Positions 12,891-23,015 of a stretch of DNA of 64,000 bases are shown piece after piece. The DNA comes from Chiloscyllium plagiosum (Eukaryota): assembly GCF_004010195.1 (NCBI RefSeq), contig NC_057719.1:22459062-22523061 (forward strand). Direction: 5' to 3'. Each line of letters opens with the position of its first letter. Position 1 is the first letter of the stretch. Below the pieces are notes generated by a model. The model was given only the letters and a program-made list of their open reading frames with translations. It was not told the origin of the DNA and searched no databases. Position numbers and translations under genes: made by a program.

Positions 12891-13967
12891 TCTGATTCCC
12901 CTATGGAAGAGGTTTGAAAAGTCCTGTGACAAATCAGAAACAGCAGAGGAACTGAGAAAGGAGGTGGTGGGGTAGAACTGGATGTTGTCAGCATAAATTC
13001 GAAATCTGATCTCCCTTCAGATTATGGCACACCTCCAGAAATATTTTCAACCAAAGGATTGCTGAGAGTTTCCAGAATGTCACTAATTTAGAGTTTTTAA
13101 AATGTACATAGTTGTGTTGTATTTTTTGTATTTTCTTTTAAGATTGTTAACAATCTGTTGAAGAGTTAAAATAATCTCGATCCCGTCCTGCTTTAAGCAG
13201 ATTTGGAGGTAACAGTGTGATCGCTTACAAACTCCATCGAGTGGGCTGACAAACGTAGACCTGGATCAAATCAGATGACTAATTGCAACATCAGTACATC
13301 ACTGACACCTGTTAAAGGAACATCTCTTGCGTTCTTGTTCTGAAAACCGATATATGGCTGCAGGTGTCACAATACTGTGTAACATTTGGCCAGAGCCTAT
13401 TGCTGCATAAGTTTGGAGCAGCCTTGCTGTGGAAACTGCTCAGAATTTACACATGGGCTTCCTTCCGTTCGTAAAATAAGTCATAAATGTGCTTTTTTAT
13501 GCACATTACTATTTCCTCGGATTTAATGAACAGAGGGAATGCTCCGATTATATTGTTTAGGTAATTATATTCTGTGCAGTGCAAAGGATTGAATGATGTT
13601 TCTCTTAATGCTAATAGTTTTAAATGCAGTCATAAATTAGAAGGCATTACATCAGCGATGCCATGACTGTGTACCCTTTGTTTGCATACCAATTCACCAA
13701 GATAAACCACAGTGCTCCATCATTGTATTCCATAAAAGCAAACTGATCCAAAGTTTTGGCTGGAGTGGAACTTAGCAACTGAATTCTGAATGGAAGTTCA
13801 CAAGTCTGTCTCTCAACAGAATTAGCATAGGAGCAATGTTGTAAAGAAATGACGATAGTGTTACTGGTTCAAAATTATAAGGGTGCTGTAGTGCTAATTT
13901 TTATTTATGAAAATGTGTTGCTGGAAAAGCGCAGCAGGTCAGGCAGCATCCAAGGAGCAGGAGAATC

Positions 13968-13995
13968 GACGTTTCGGGCATGAGCCCTTCTTCAG
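13968..13995 (-). ncRNA. Hammerhead ribozyme core (PLE)
   Basis: Reverse complement CUGAAGA-A-GGGC(UCAU)GCCC-GAAA-CGUC. Confidence 0.6.
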
Positions 13996-14073
13996 GAATG
14001 AGGAAAGTGTGTCCAGCAGGCTGAGATAAAAGGTAGGGAGGAGGGACTTGGGGGAGGGGCGTTGGAAATGAGA

Positions 14074-14506
14074 NNNNNNNNNNNNNNNNNNNNNNNNNNN
14101 NNNNNNNNNNNNNNNNNNNNNNNNNNNNNNNNNNNNNNNNNNNNNNNNNNNNNNNNNNNNNNNNNNNNNNNNNNNNNNNNNNNNNNNNNNNNNNNNNNNN
14201 NNNNNNNNNNNNNNNNNNNNNNNNNNNNNNNNNNNNNNNNNNNNNNNNNNNNNNNNNNNNNNNNNNNNNNNNNNNNNNNNNNNNNNNNNNNNNNNNNNNN
14301 NNNNNNNNNNNNNNNNNNNNNNNNNNNNNNNNNNNNNNNNNNNNNNNNNNNNNNNNNNNNNNNNNNNNNNNNNNNNNNNNNNNNNNNNNNNNNNNNNNNN
14401 NNNNNNNNNNNNNNNNNNNNNNNNNNNNNNNNNNNNNNNNNNNNNNNNNNNNNNNNNNNNNNNNNNNNNNNNNNNNNNNNNNNNNNNNNNNNNNNNNNNN
14501 NNNNNN
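14074..14506. other. Assembly gap (others at 17799-17804, 19323-19572, 20991-21487, 59937-60448)
   Basis: N runs, all inside young PLE or CR1 copies. Confidence 0.99.
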
Positions 14507-14707
14507 CCTCCCCCTACCTTGTCTCAGTCAAATCCCTCGAACTCACCGCCTTCCTAACCTGCAACCTTCTTCCTGACCTCTCCACCCCCTCTCCGGCCTA
14601 TCACCCTCACCTTGGCCTCCTTCCACCTATCGCATTTCCAACGCCCATTCCTCAAGTCCCTCCTCCCTACCTTTTATCTTAGCCTGCTGGACACACTTTC
14701 CTCATTC

Positions 14708-14735
14708 CTGAAGAAGGGCTCATGCCCGAAACGTC
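14708..14735 (+). ncRNA. Hammerhead ribozyme core (PLE)
   Basis: ctgaagaagggctcatgcccgaaacgtc. Confidence 0.6.
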
Positions 14736-15102
14736 GATTCTCCTGCTCCTTGGATGCTGCCTGACCTGCTGCGCTTTTCCAGCAACACATTTTCAGCTCT
14801 GATCTCCAGCATCTGCAGTCATCACTTTCTCCTTGCTAATTTTTATTAGTGAATAATTCACCTTCCTTAAATTGTTCTTCAGCCTATTCTGAAATGCTAG
14901 CATTGAGTTACATGACAACATGATTTTGATGCACGTAGATACTTTTAGAACAACACAGCTGCACCACAGTACTGTGGCAGGGTTAGACACAGCACTCAAA
15001 AACAGTATTTTAAGATGGCAATCAAATATAAACAGTAAAATACGAATCATGAGTGGAAATAAATTTATATGTTGAGATGAAGTAAGATCTTTCTTTAGTG
15101 AT

Positions 15103-15590
15103 TGTATCAAGGTCAGCCAGGTGGACCTCATAGAATCCTTACAGTATGGAAGCTGGCCATTCGGCCCATTGAGTCCGCACCAACCCTCCAAAGAGCAGCC
15201 CACCCTGGCCCACTGTCTTATCTTATCCCTGGAACCATGTATTTCCCAAGGCTAATCCACCTAGCTTGCACATCCTGGACACAATGGACAACTTAGCATG
15301 GGCAATCTACGTAGCTTGCACATCTTTGGAGTGTGGGAGGAAACCAGAGCACCCAAAGCAAACCAACGCAGGCAAGGGGCGAATGTGCATGGTCCGAACA
15401 GACAGTCACACGAGGGTGGAAGCAAGCCCAAGTCCCTGGTACTGTGAGTGCTAACCATTGAGCCACCGTTCCTCCTTTTACAGCATTGAATAGTTATTTC
15501 AGCAAGCCACCCTTTATTTACATGTGGAGTGTCGTAGAATATGAATTCCCTGATTGGAGCTGTTAACATAATCCAATCAAAGAGACCGAA
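15103..15590 (+). repeat. Fragmented LTR of the same family as 2680-2904, interrupted by a SINE
   Basis: tgtatcaaggtcagccaggtggacctcatagaat (15103-15136) and agaatatgaattccctgattggagctgttaac (15536-15567) match the reverse complement of 2840-2904. Confidence 0.75.
15130..15470 (-). mobile_element. HE1-like tRNA-derived V-SINE (older copy)
   Basis: V-domain gtgggaggaaaccagagcacc...; head gtgctaaccattgagccaccg; CR1-like tail. Confidence 0.9.
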
Positions 15591-15591
15591 G

Positions 15592-15668
15592 GTAGATTAG
15601 GCTATCTGGTCGGCATGGACAAGTTGGACTGAAGGGTCTGTTTCTGTGATGTACATCTCTATGACTCA
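15592..15668 (+). mobile_element. CR1 3'-tail fragment
   Basis: ggcatggacaagttggactgaagggtctgtttct...ctctatgactc, same as 18298-18360. Confidence 0.8.
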
Positions 15669-15689
15669 GTATGAGTGGTGGTGATGTTG

Positions 15690-16370
15690 TGATGGGTGGG
15701 GTGTTGAGTTCTTCTGCTGTCAGTGCCTGTCAAAAAGCAATTGCCAGCAGCTTCACAGGTCCTTTTTTTCCAGTTTGAATGGTCCTGCTCCTACAAGTGA
15801 TGGGGATATTATATTTTCTCAGCAAAGCTTTGAGGACATTATTAAAGCATTTTCTCTGTTCTCTTGGTAGTTGCTTGCCATTATAGAGCTCAGAGTAGGG
15901 AGCTTGTTTCAAGAGTCTTGTGTCAGACATGCTAAACGTGTGGTCTGCCCAATGCATCTGATAAACTGTAATCAGTGTGTCAATACTGGGTCTGTTGGCT
16001 GAAGAGAGGTCATTGATATTGAAATGCCTAACCTGCTATTAGATTTGCTGAATATTGCAGAAACATTTCTAGTGCTATTTCTCTGAAGCGTATCATCCAT
16101 GTCTCTGATAGAAACAGCAGATAGAAACTGCCTGTGAGTTTGGTGCTGGGGTTAAGGCCTTTGTCATTAAACACTTTTATCCTCAGACAACAGAAGGCTG
16201 TGACAAAACAGTAGAGTTGATGTTGAGTTTCATCGTCAATGTCTGACCTTGTTGACAGGAGATTCGCCAGGGATCTTGATTGCCAGAGGTGCAATGTTGT
16301 AAAGTGGGGCGATGTGTTCCTGATATTTAACCTAAGGTTTAGTGTTGTACAAATGTTCGTGAATGCATCT
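15690..16370 (-). mobile_element. RTE-clade LINE ORF2 fragment
   Basis: HWADHTFSMSDTRLLKQAPYSELYNGKQLPREQRKCFNNVLKALL; LSTRSDIDDETQHQL; SETW. Confidence 0.85.
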
Positions 16371-16561
16371 GACTCTGTCAAGTTGGACCGAAGGGTCTGT
16401 TTCCATGCTGTACAGCTCTATGACTCAATGATTTGTATGATAGGAAGTTGACTGTCTGAACTGGCCACCAAGCACTTATTTGGTTCAAAGAAGGGAATAT
16501 CATCTCTAGTTGGGCAGACTATACAGCATTCTCCTCAAATTGTGGACGCTTGTAGAAATTC

Positions 16562-18370
16562 ATTAGGGTGAAAGGAAAGGCTGGTATGTATAGGGAATGC
16601 TGGCTAACTCAAGAAATTGAGGGTTTAGTTAAGAAAAAGAAGGAAGCATATGTAAGGTATAGACAAGATAGATCGAATGAATCCTTAGAAGAGTATAAAG
16701 TAGGAGTATACTTAAGAGGGAAATCAGGAGGGCAAAAAAGGGCCATGAGATAGCTTTGGCAAATAGAATTAAGGAGAATCCAAAGAGTTTTAACAAATAC
16801 ATTAAGGACAAAAGGGTAACTAGGGACAGAATAGGTCCCCTCAAAGATCAGCAAGGCGGCCTTTGTGTGGAGCCGCAGAAAATGGGGGAGTTACTAAATG
16901 AGTATTTTGCATCAGTATTTACTGTGGAAAGGATATAGACTGTATGGAAATAGATGGTGACATCTTGCAAAATGTCCATATTAGAGAGGAGGAGATGCTG
17001 GATGTCTTGAAACGGGTAAAGGTGGATAAATCTCCAGGACCTGATCAGGTGTACCCTAGAGCTCTGTGGGAAGCTAGAGAAGTGATTGCTGGGCCTCTTG
17101 CTGAGAGATTTGTATCATCGATAGTCACAGGTGAGGTGCCGGAAAACTGGAGGTTGGCTAACGTAGTGCCACTGTTTAAGAAGGGTGGTAAGGGTGGTAA
17201 AGCCTGGGAACTATAGACCAGTGAGCCCGACCTCGGTGGTGGGCAAGTTGTTGGAGGGGATCCTGAGGGACAGGATGTACATGTATTTGGAAAGGCAAGG
17301 ACTAATGCGGGATAGTCAACATGGCTTTGTGCGTGGGAAATCATGTCTCACAAACGTAATTGAGTTTTTTGAGGAAGTAACAAAGAGGATTGATGAGGGC
17401 AGAGCTTCAGTAAGGCATTTGACAAGGTTCCCCATGGGAGACTGATTAGCAAGGTAAGATCTCACGGAAAGATCTCAGGGAGAACTAGCCATTTGGATAC
17501 AGAACTGGCTCAAACGTAGAAGACAGAGGGTGGTGGTGGAAGGTTGTTTTTCAGACTGGAGGCCTGTGACCAGTGGAGTGCCACAAGGATCGGTGCGAGG
17601 TCCTCTACATTTTGTCATTTACATAAACAATTTGGATGCGAGCATAAGAGATACAGTGAGTAAGTTTGCAGATGACACCAAAATTGGCGGTGTAGTGGAC
17701 AGCGAAGAGGGTTACCTCAGATTACAACGGAATCTTGACCAGATGGGTGAATGGGCTGAGAAGCGGCCGATGGAGTTTAATTCAGATAAATGTGAGGTNN
17801 NNNNACTGTTGGAATATTGCGTGCAATTCTGGTCTCCTTCCTATCGGAAAGATGTTGTGAAACTTGAAAGGGTTCAGAAAAGAGTTACAAGGATGTTGAT
17901 AGGGTTGGAAGATTTGAGTTATAGGGAGAGGCTGAACAGGCTGGGGCTGTTTTCCCTGGAGCATCGGAGGCTGAGGGGTGACCTTAGAGATGTTTACAAA
18001 ATTATGAGGGGCATGGATAGGGTAAATAGGCAAAGTCTTTTCCCTGGGGTCGGGGAGTCCAGAACTAGCGGTGTAGGTTTAGGGTGAGAGGAGAAAGATA
18101 TAAAAGAGACCTATGGGGCAACGTTTTCACGCAGAGAGTGGTATGTGTATGGAATGAGCTGCCAGAGGAAGTGGTGGAGGCTGGTATAATTTCAACATTT
18201 AAGAGGCATTTGGACGGATATATGAATAGGAAGGGTTTGGAGGGATATGGGCCGGGTGCTGGCAGGTGGGACTAGATTGGGTTGGGATATCTGGTTGGCA
18301 TGGACGGGTTGGACCGAAGGGTCTGTTTCCATGCTGTACATCTCTATGACTATGACTCTATGACTATGAC
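16562..18370 (+). mobile_element. Young CR1 (HER1-like) LINE, 5'-truncated ORF2, 3' UTR and (CTATGA)n tail
   Basis: DKSPGPDQVYPR, NYRPVS, QHGFVRGKSCLTN, GVPQGS, KFADDTK, LEYCVQFWSP; several frameshifts; 6-N gap. Confidence 0.97.
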
Positions 18371-18389
18371 ATTACCAGTCTCCAAGTGC

Positions 18390-18660
18390 TGCCAAACAAC
18401 ATGAAATTTATGTTCCTGAACAATGAAACCAGCACAGAGCGCATGTGAGTGTAAAATGGGATTTATCAAAGCAGGTATCATTACACCAACAGCCTTCTCC
18501 ATATTTCTTGCTACAAACGCTCCACCTCATCCTCACTGAAGTCCATTGTTCAAGCTATGTGGTCTCCATTCCAGCTTCCAGATCAGCAGAACCTGTGTAT
18601 TGCTATTTATACAGACAGCACTTGGATGTGTTCACAATCAGATGCTGCGTCCAAATGACT
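18390..18660 (+). mobile_element. RTE RT-domain fragment
   Basis: VKMGFIKAGIITPTAFSIFLA resembles RTE 'VKTGVKQGCVIAPTLFSIFLA'. Confidence 0.55.
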
Positions 18661-19572
18661 GTCAATTAATTTAAAGTAATTCACAGATTAAGTCAGTAGC
18701 TAGAAATGTGTAGTCTTCTTGAGAGATCTCAATAGAATGTCCATACTTGGATTATGTGCTGATTTATAATACTTAATATTATACTAATGCTTCATCGAAA
18801 TGAATGCACGTTTTCTGAAGACATGCATTCACTAGAGATAGTCCCTTCTTTGCATCAAATATTATTGTAGCTGCTTGGTAGTCAATTTGACCAGTGAACT
18901 TTATACTGCACAAATCATAGTCATAGAGCTATGCATATTGAAACAGACCCTTCAGTCCAACGTGTCTATGCTAACCAGATTTCCCAAGTATATCTAGTTC
19001 CATTTGCTAGCATATAGTCCATATCTCTCTAAACCCTTCCTATTCATATATCCATCCAGATGTCTTTTAAATATTCTAATTGTGCTGACAGTGTGTTGCT
19101 GGAAAAGCGCAGCAGGTCAGGCAGCATCCAAGGAGCAGGAGAATCGACGTATCCTGCATGAGCCCTTCTTCAGGAATGAGGAAAATGTGCCAAGCAGGCT
19201 AAGATAAAAGTTAGGGAGGAGGGACTTGGGGGAGGGGCGTTGGAAATGAGGTAGGTGGAAGGAGGTTAAGGTGAGGGTGATAGGCCGGAGTGGGGGTGGG
19301 GGCGGAGAAGTCAGGAAGAAGANNNNNNNNNNNNNNNNNNNNNNNNNNNNNNNNNNNNNNNNNNNNNNNNNNNNNNNNNNNNNNNNNNNNNNNNNNNNNN
19401 NNNNNNNNNNNNNNNNNNNNNNNNNNNNNNNNNNNNNNNNNNNNNNNNNNNNNNNNNNNNNNNNNNNNNNNNNNNNNNNNNNNNNNNNNNNNNNNNNNNN
19501 NNNNNNNNNNNNNNNNNNNNNNNNNNNNNNNNNNNNNNNNNNNNNNNNNNNNNNNNNNNNNNNNNNNNNNNN

Positions 19573-20280
19573 TGGAGGTTGGGTTGGTGGGGGGTGTGGA
19601 CCTGATGAGGAAGTCACAGAGGGAGTGGTCTTTTCGGAATGCTGATAGGGAAGGGGAGGGAAATATATCCTTGGTGGCGGGGTCCGTTTGGAGGTGGCAG
19701 AAATGACGACGGATGATACGATTTATACGGAGGTTGGTGGGGTGGTAGGTGAGGACCAGTGGGGTTCTGTCCTGGTGTCGATTGGAGGGGCGGGGCTCAA
19801 GGGCAGAGCAGCAGGAAGTGGAGGAGATGCAGTGGAGAGCATCGTCGATCACATCTGGGGGGAAATTGCGGTCTTTGAAGAAGGAGGCCATCTGGGTTGT
19901 TCGGTATTGGAACTGGTCCTCCTGGGAGCAGATGCGGCGGAGATGAAGGAATTGGGAGAATGGGATGGCGTTTTTACAGGGGGCAGGATGGGAGGAGGTG
20001 TAGTCTAGGTAGCTGTGGGAGTCGGTCGGTTTATAGTAAATGTTCATGTTGATTCGGTCGCCCGAGATAGAAATGGAGAGGTCTTGGAAGGGGAGAAAGG
20101 AGTCTGAGACGGTCTTGGTAATTTTGAGGTTGGGATGGAAGGTGTTGGTAAAGTGGATGAACTGTTCAACCTCCTCGTGGGAGCATGAGGCAGTGCCGAT
20201 ACAGTCATTGATGTAGCGGAGGAAAAGGTGGGGGGGTGGTGCCAGTGTAGCTGCGGAAGATGGACTGTTCCACATATCCA
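19573..20280 (-). pseudogene. PLE reverse transcriptase C-terminal/thumb region (left arm)
   Basis: FLRYINDCIG...FTNTFHPNLK...IYYKPTDSHSYLDYTSSHP..CKNAIPFSQFLHLRRICS...DRTPLVLTYHP. Confidence 0.92.
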
Positions 20281-20297
20281 TTATGAAGATAAGGTGT

Positions 20298-20990
20298 TGG
20301 ACATCCAGTCCCTGTACACCTCCATCCCCCATCACGAAGGACGCAAAGACCTCCGCTTCTTCCTTTCCCGCCGAACCAACCAGTACCCTTCCACTGACAC
20401 CCTCCTTCGACTGACTGAACTGGTCCTCTCTCTGAACAACTTCTCTTTCCAATCCTCCCACTTCCTCCAAACCAAAGGAGTAGCCATGGGCACCCGCATG
20501 GGCCCCAGCTATGCCTGCCTCTTCGTCGGATATGTGGAACAGTCCATCTTCCGCAGCTACACTGGCACCACCTCCTCACCTTTTCCTCCGCTACATCAAT
20601 GACTGTATCGGCGCTGCCTCATGCTCCCACGAGGAGGTTGAACAGTTCATCCACTTCACCAACACCTTCCACCCTGACCTCAAATTTACCTGGACCGTCT
20701 CAGACTCCTCCGTCCCCTTCCGAGACCTCTCCATTTCCATCTCGGGCGACCGAATCAACACGGACATTTACTATAAACCGACCGACTCCCACAGCTACCT
20801 AGACTACACCTCCTCCCACCCTGCTTCCTGTAAAAATGCCATCCCATATTCCCAATCCCTTCATCTCCGCCGCATCTGCTCCCAGGAGGACCAGTTCCAA
20901 TACCGAACAACCCAGATGGCCTCCTTCTTCAAAGACCGCAATCTCCCCCTGACGTGATCGACGATGCCCTCCACCGCATCTCCTCTACTT
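20298..20990 (+). pseudogene. PLE reverse transcriptase core (right arm), frameshifted
   Basis: DIQSLYTSIPH...LNNFSF...QTKGVAMGTRMGPSYACLFVG...RYINDC...YYKPTDSHSYLDYTSSHP. Confidence 0.93.
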
Positions 20991-22973
20991 NNNNNNNNNN
21001 NNNNNNNNNNNNNNNNNNNNNNNNNNNNNNNNNNNNNNNNNNNNNNNNNNNNNNNNNNNNNNNNNNNNNNNNNNNNNNNNNNNNNNNNNNNNNNNNNNNN
21101 NNNNNNNNNNNNNNNNNNNNNNNNNNNNNNNNNNNNNNNNNNNNNNNNNNNNNNNNNNNNNNNNNNNNNNNNNNNNNNNNNNNNNNNNNNNNNNNNNNNN
21201 NNNNNNNNNNNNNNNNNNNNNNNNNNNNNNNNNNNNNNNNNNNNNNNNNNNNNNNNNNNNNNNNNNNNNNNNNNNNNNNNNNNNNNNNNNNNNNNNNNNN
21301 NNNNNNNNNNNNNNNNNNNNNNNNNNNNNNNNNNNNNNNNNNNNNNNNNNNNNNNNNNNNNNNNNNNNNNNNNNNNNNNNNNNNNNNNNNNNNNNNNNNN
21401 NNNNNNNNNNNNNNNNNNNNNNNNNNNNNNNNNNNNNNNNNNNNNNNNNNNNNNNNNNNNNNNNNNNNNNNNNNNNNNNNNNNNNNNTCGCATTTCCAAA
21501 CCCTCCCTCCCCCCCAAGTCCTTCCACCTTACCTTTTATCTTAGCCTGCTTGGCACACTTTCCTCATTCCCGAAGAAGGGCTCATGCCCGGAACTTCGAT
21601 TCTCCTGCTCCTTGGATGCTGCCTGACCTGCTGCGCTTTTCCAGCAACACATTTTCAGCTCTGATCTCCAGCATCTGCAGTCCTCACTTTCTCCTAGAAT
21701 ATTCTAATTGTACCAGTCTCCATCACTTCTTCTGGCAGCTCATTCCATACACGCACCATCCTGTAAGTGAAGAAGTTGCTGCTTAGATCTGTTTTAAGTC
21801 TGTCCCCTCTCAGCTTAAACCTATGCCTTCCAGTTTTGGATTCCTCCACCCCAGGGGAAAGATCTTGCTATTTTTCCTATCTTGTCCTATCCATGCCCCT
21901 CCTGATTTTAAAAACCTCTGTAAGGTCACCTCTCTGTTTCCGATGCTGCAGGGAAAATAGCCTTAACCTATTCAGCCTCTCATTGTAGCTCAAACCCTCC
22001 AATCCTGGCAACATCCTTAAACATCTTTTCTGAACCCTTTCAAGTTACACAACAGCCTTCCTATATCCCTTTTGGGAGACCAAAATTGCACACAGGACTC
22101 CAAAAGTGGCCTAACCAATGTCCTGTACAGCTGCAACATCACATCCCAATCCTATACTCAACACACTGACCAATAACGGCAAGGTTCCAAATGTCTTCTT
22201 CACTATTCTGTCTACCTGTGACTCCACTTTTAAGGAATGATGAACCTGCATGAACAACCAAAGTCTCTGTTCAGCAACACTCCCTAGGACCTTACCATTA
22301 AGTGTACAGGTTCTGCCCTGAATTTTATTTGTGGAAGTTAGTAGCACCATATATTATTTGTAAGGGTAATTTTGGAATGATGTATCTAAAAGTAAGTAAA
22401 GCATCTGCAGCAAGTTTTTCCGTGCTATTGTTATGCAAAATAACTACATCTAACCCGGTGATGAGGCATTGAATGCTAAAATAAATTTTTCCTCAGACCA
22501 TTATGAGGCAAAATAAATGGCAACCTAGGTCTATGAGCCAAAAGTCACCACACATTTTTAACTAAGGCCTCTCCAGTGCTCAATTCAGTTCTTTGTACAA
22601 ATATATGGACAGCACTGGGGCTTGGCTCAATGATTCATAAAGTTTTCTGAACTGTCTCTCAGTTTCAGGCTGCTACAGATTGGATGAAGTATTTGCAAAA
22701 TGACATCCCGTTGTGAGTCATCACTTTCTCAGAGGGGAGGAGAGACAGGGGAAGATAAGCAAAGCAAATAAGAATTTAGGATGACCTTGTTTTCTAAAGG
22801 TTTGAATTTAATAAATAAAATGGTAATTACATAAGCAAATCAGGAATTAACATGGTGACGATCTCTCTTCCGACTCAGAATGTAAAACTTGCTGTAACTT
22901 GAAACAGTTAAAACAAATAAAACAGATGCTTTTAAAGGGAAGCTAGATAAAAAGATGAAGCTGAGAGCTGAAG

Positions 22974-22978
<5 letters not shown>

Positions 22979-23012
<34 letters not shown>
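22979..23012. repeat. (TA)n/(CA)n microsatellite inside an old CR1 3' fragment
   Basis: About 15 TA units followed by CACACA. Confidence 0.95.

Positions 23013-23015
<3 letters not shown>

Larger units (their letters stand above)
13906..14833. mobile_element. Inverted (fold-back) PLE insertion with 14-bp TSD; centre in N-gap
   Basis: Left arm is the reverse complement of the right arm; TSD tgctaatttttatt at 13892-13905 and 14834-14847. Confidence 0.9.
19084..21697. mobile_element. Penelope-like element with two 5'-truncated arms in inverted orientation and 14-bp TSD
   Basis: RT on both strands, pLTR at both outer ends; TSD aatattctaattgt at 19070-19083 and 21698-21711. Confidence 0.95.
18915..22330 (-). 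mobile_element. CR1 LINE 3' portion split by the PLE insertion (18915-19083 and 21698-22330)
   Basis: CR1 sequence resumes exactly after the duplicated target: ...ttttaaatattctaattgt|accagtctccatcacttc... Confidence 0.93.

Noticed and set aside
12656..12994. 112-aa minus ORF with a good splice acceptor near 12924, as a host exon
   Set aside because: Another frame gives the RTE C-terminal Cys/His motif and the RTE 3' tail, so it is transposon-derived
14062..14682. Long X-containing ORFs here and at 19.1-21.6 kb and 59.2-60.7 kb
   Set aside because: Their length is an artefact of translating through N-gaps
17799..17804. Apparent internal deletion in CR1 between DKCEV and LLEYCVQFW
   Set aside because: Coincides with a 6-N gap; likely an under-sized assembly gap
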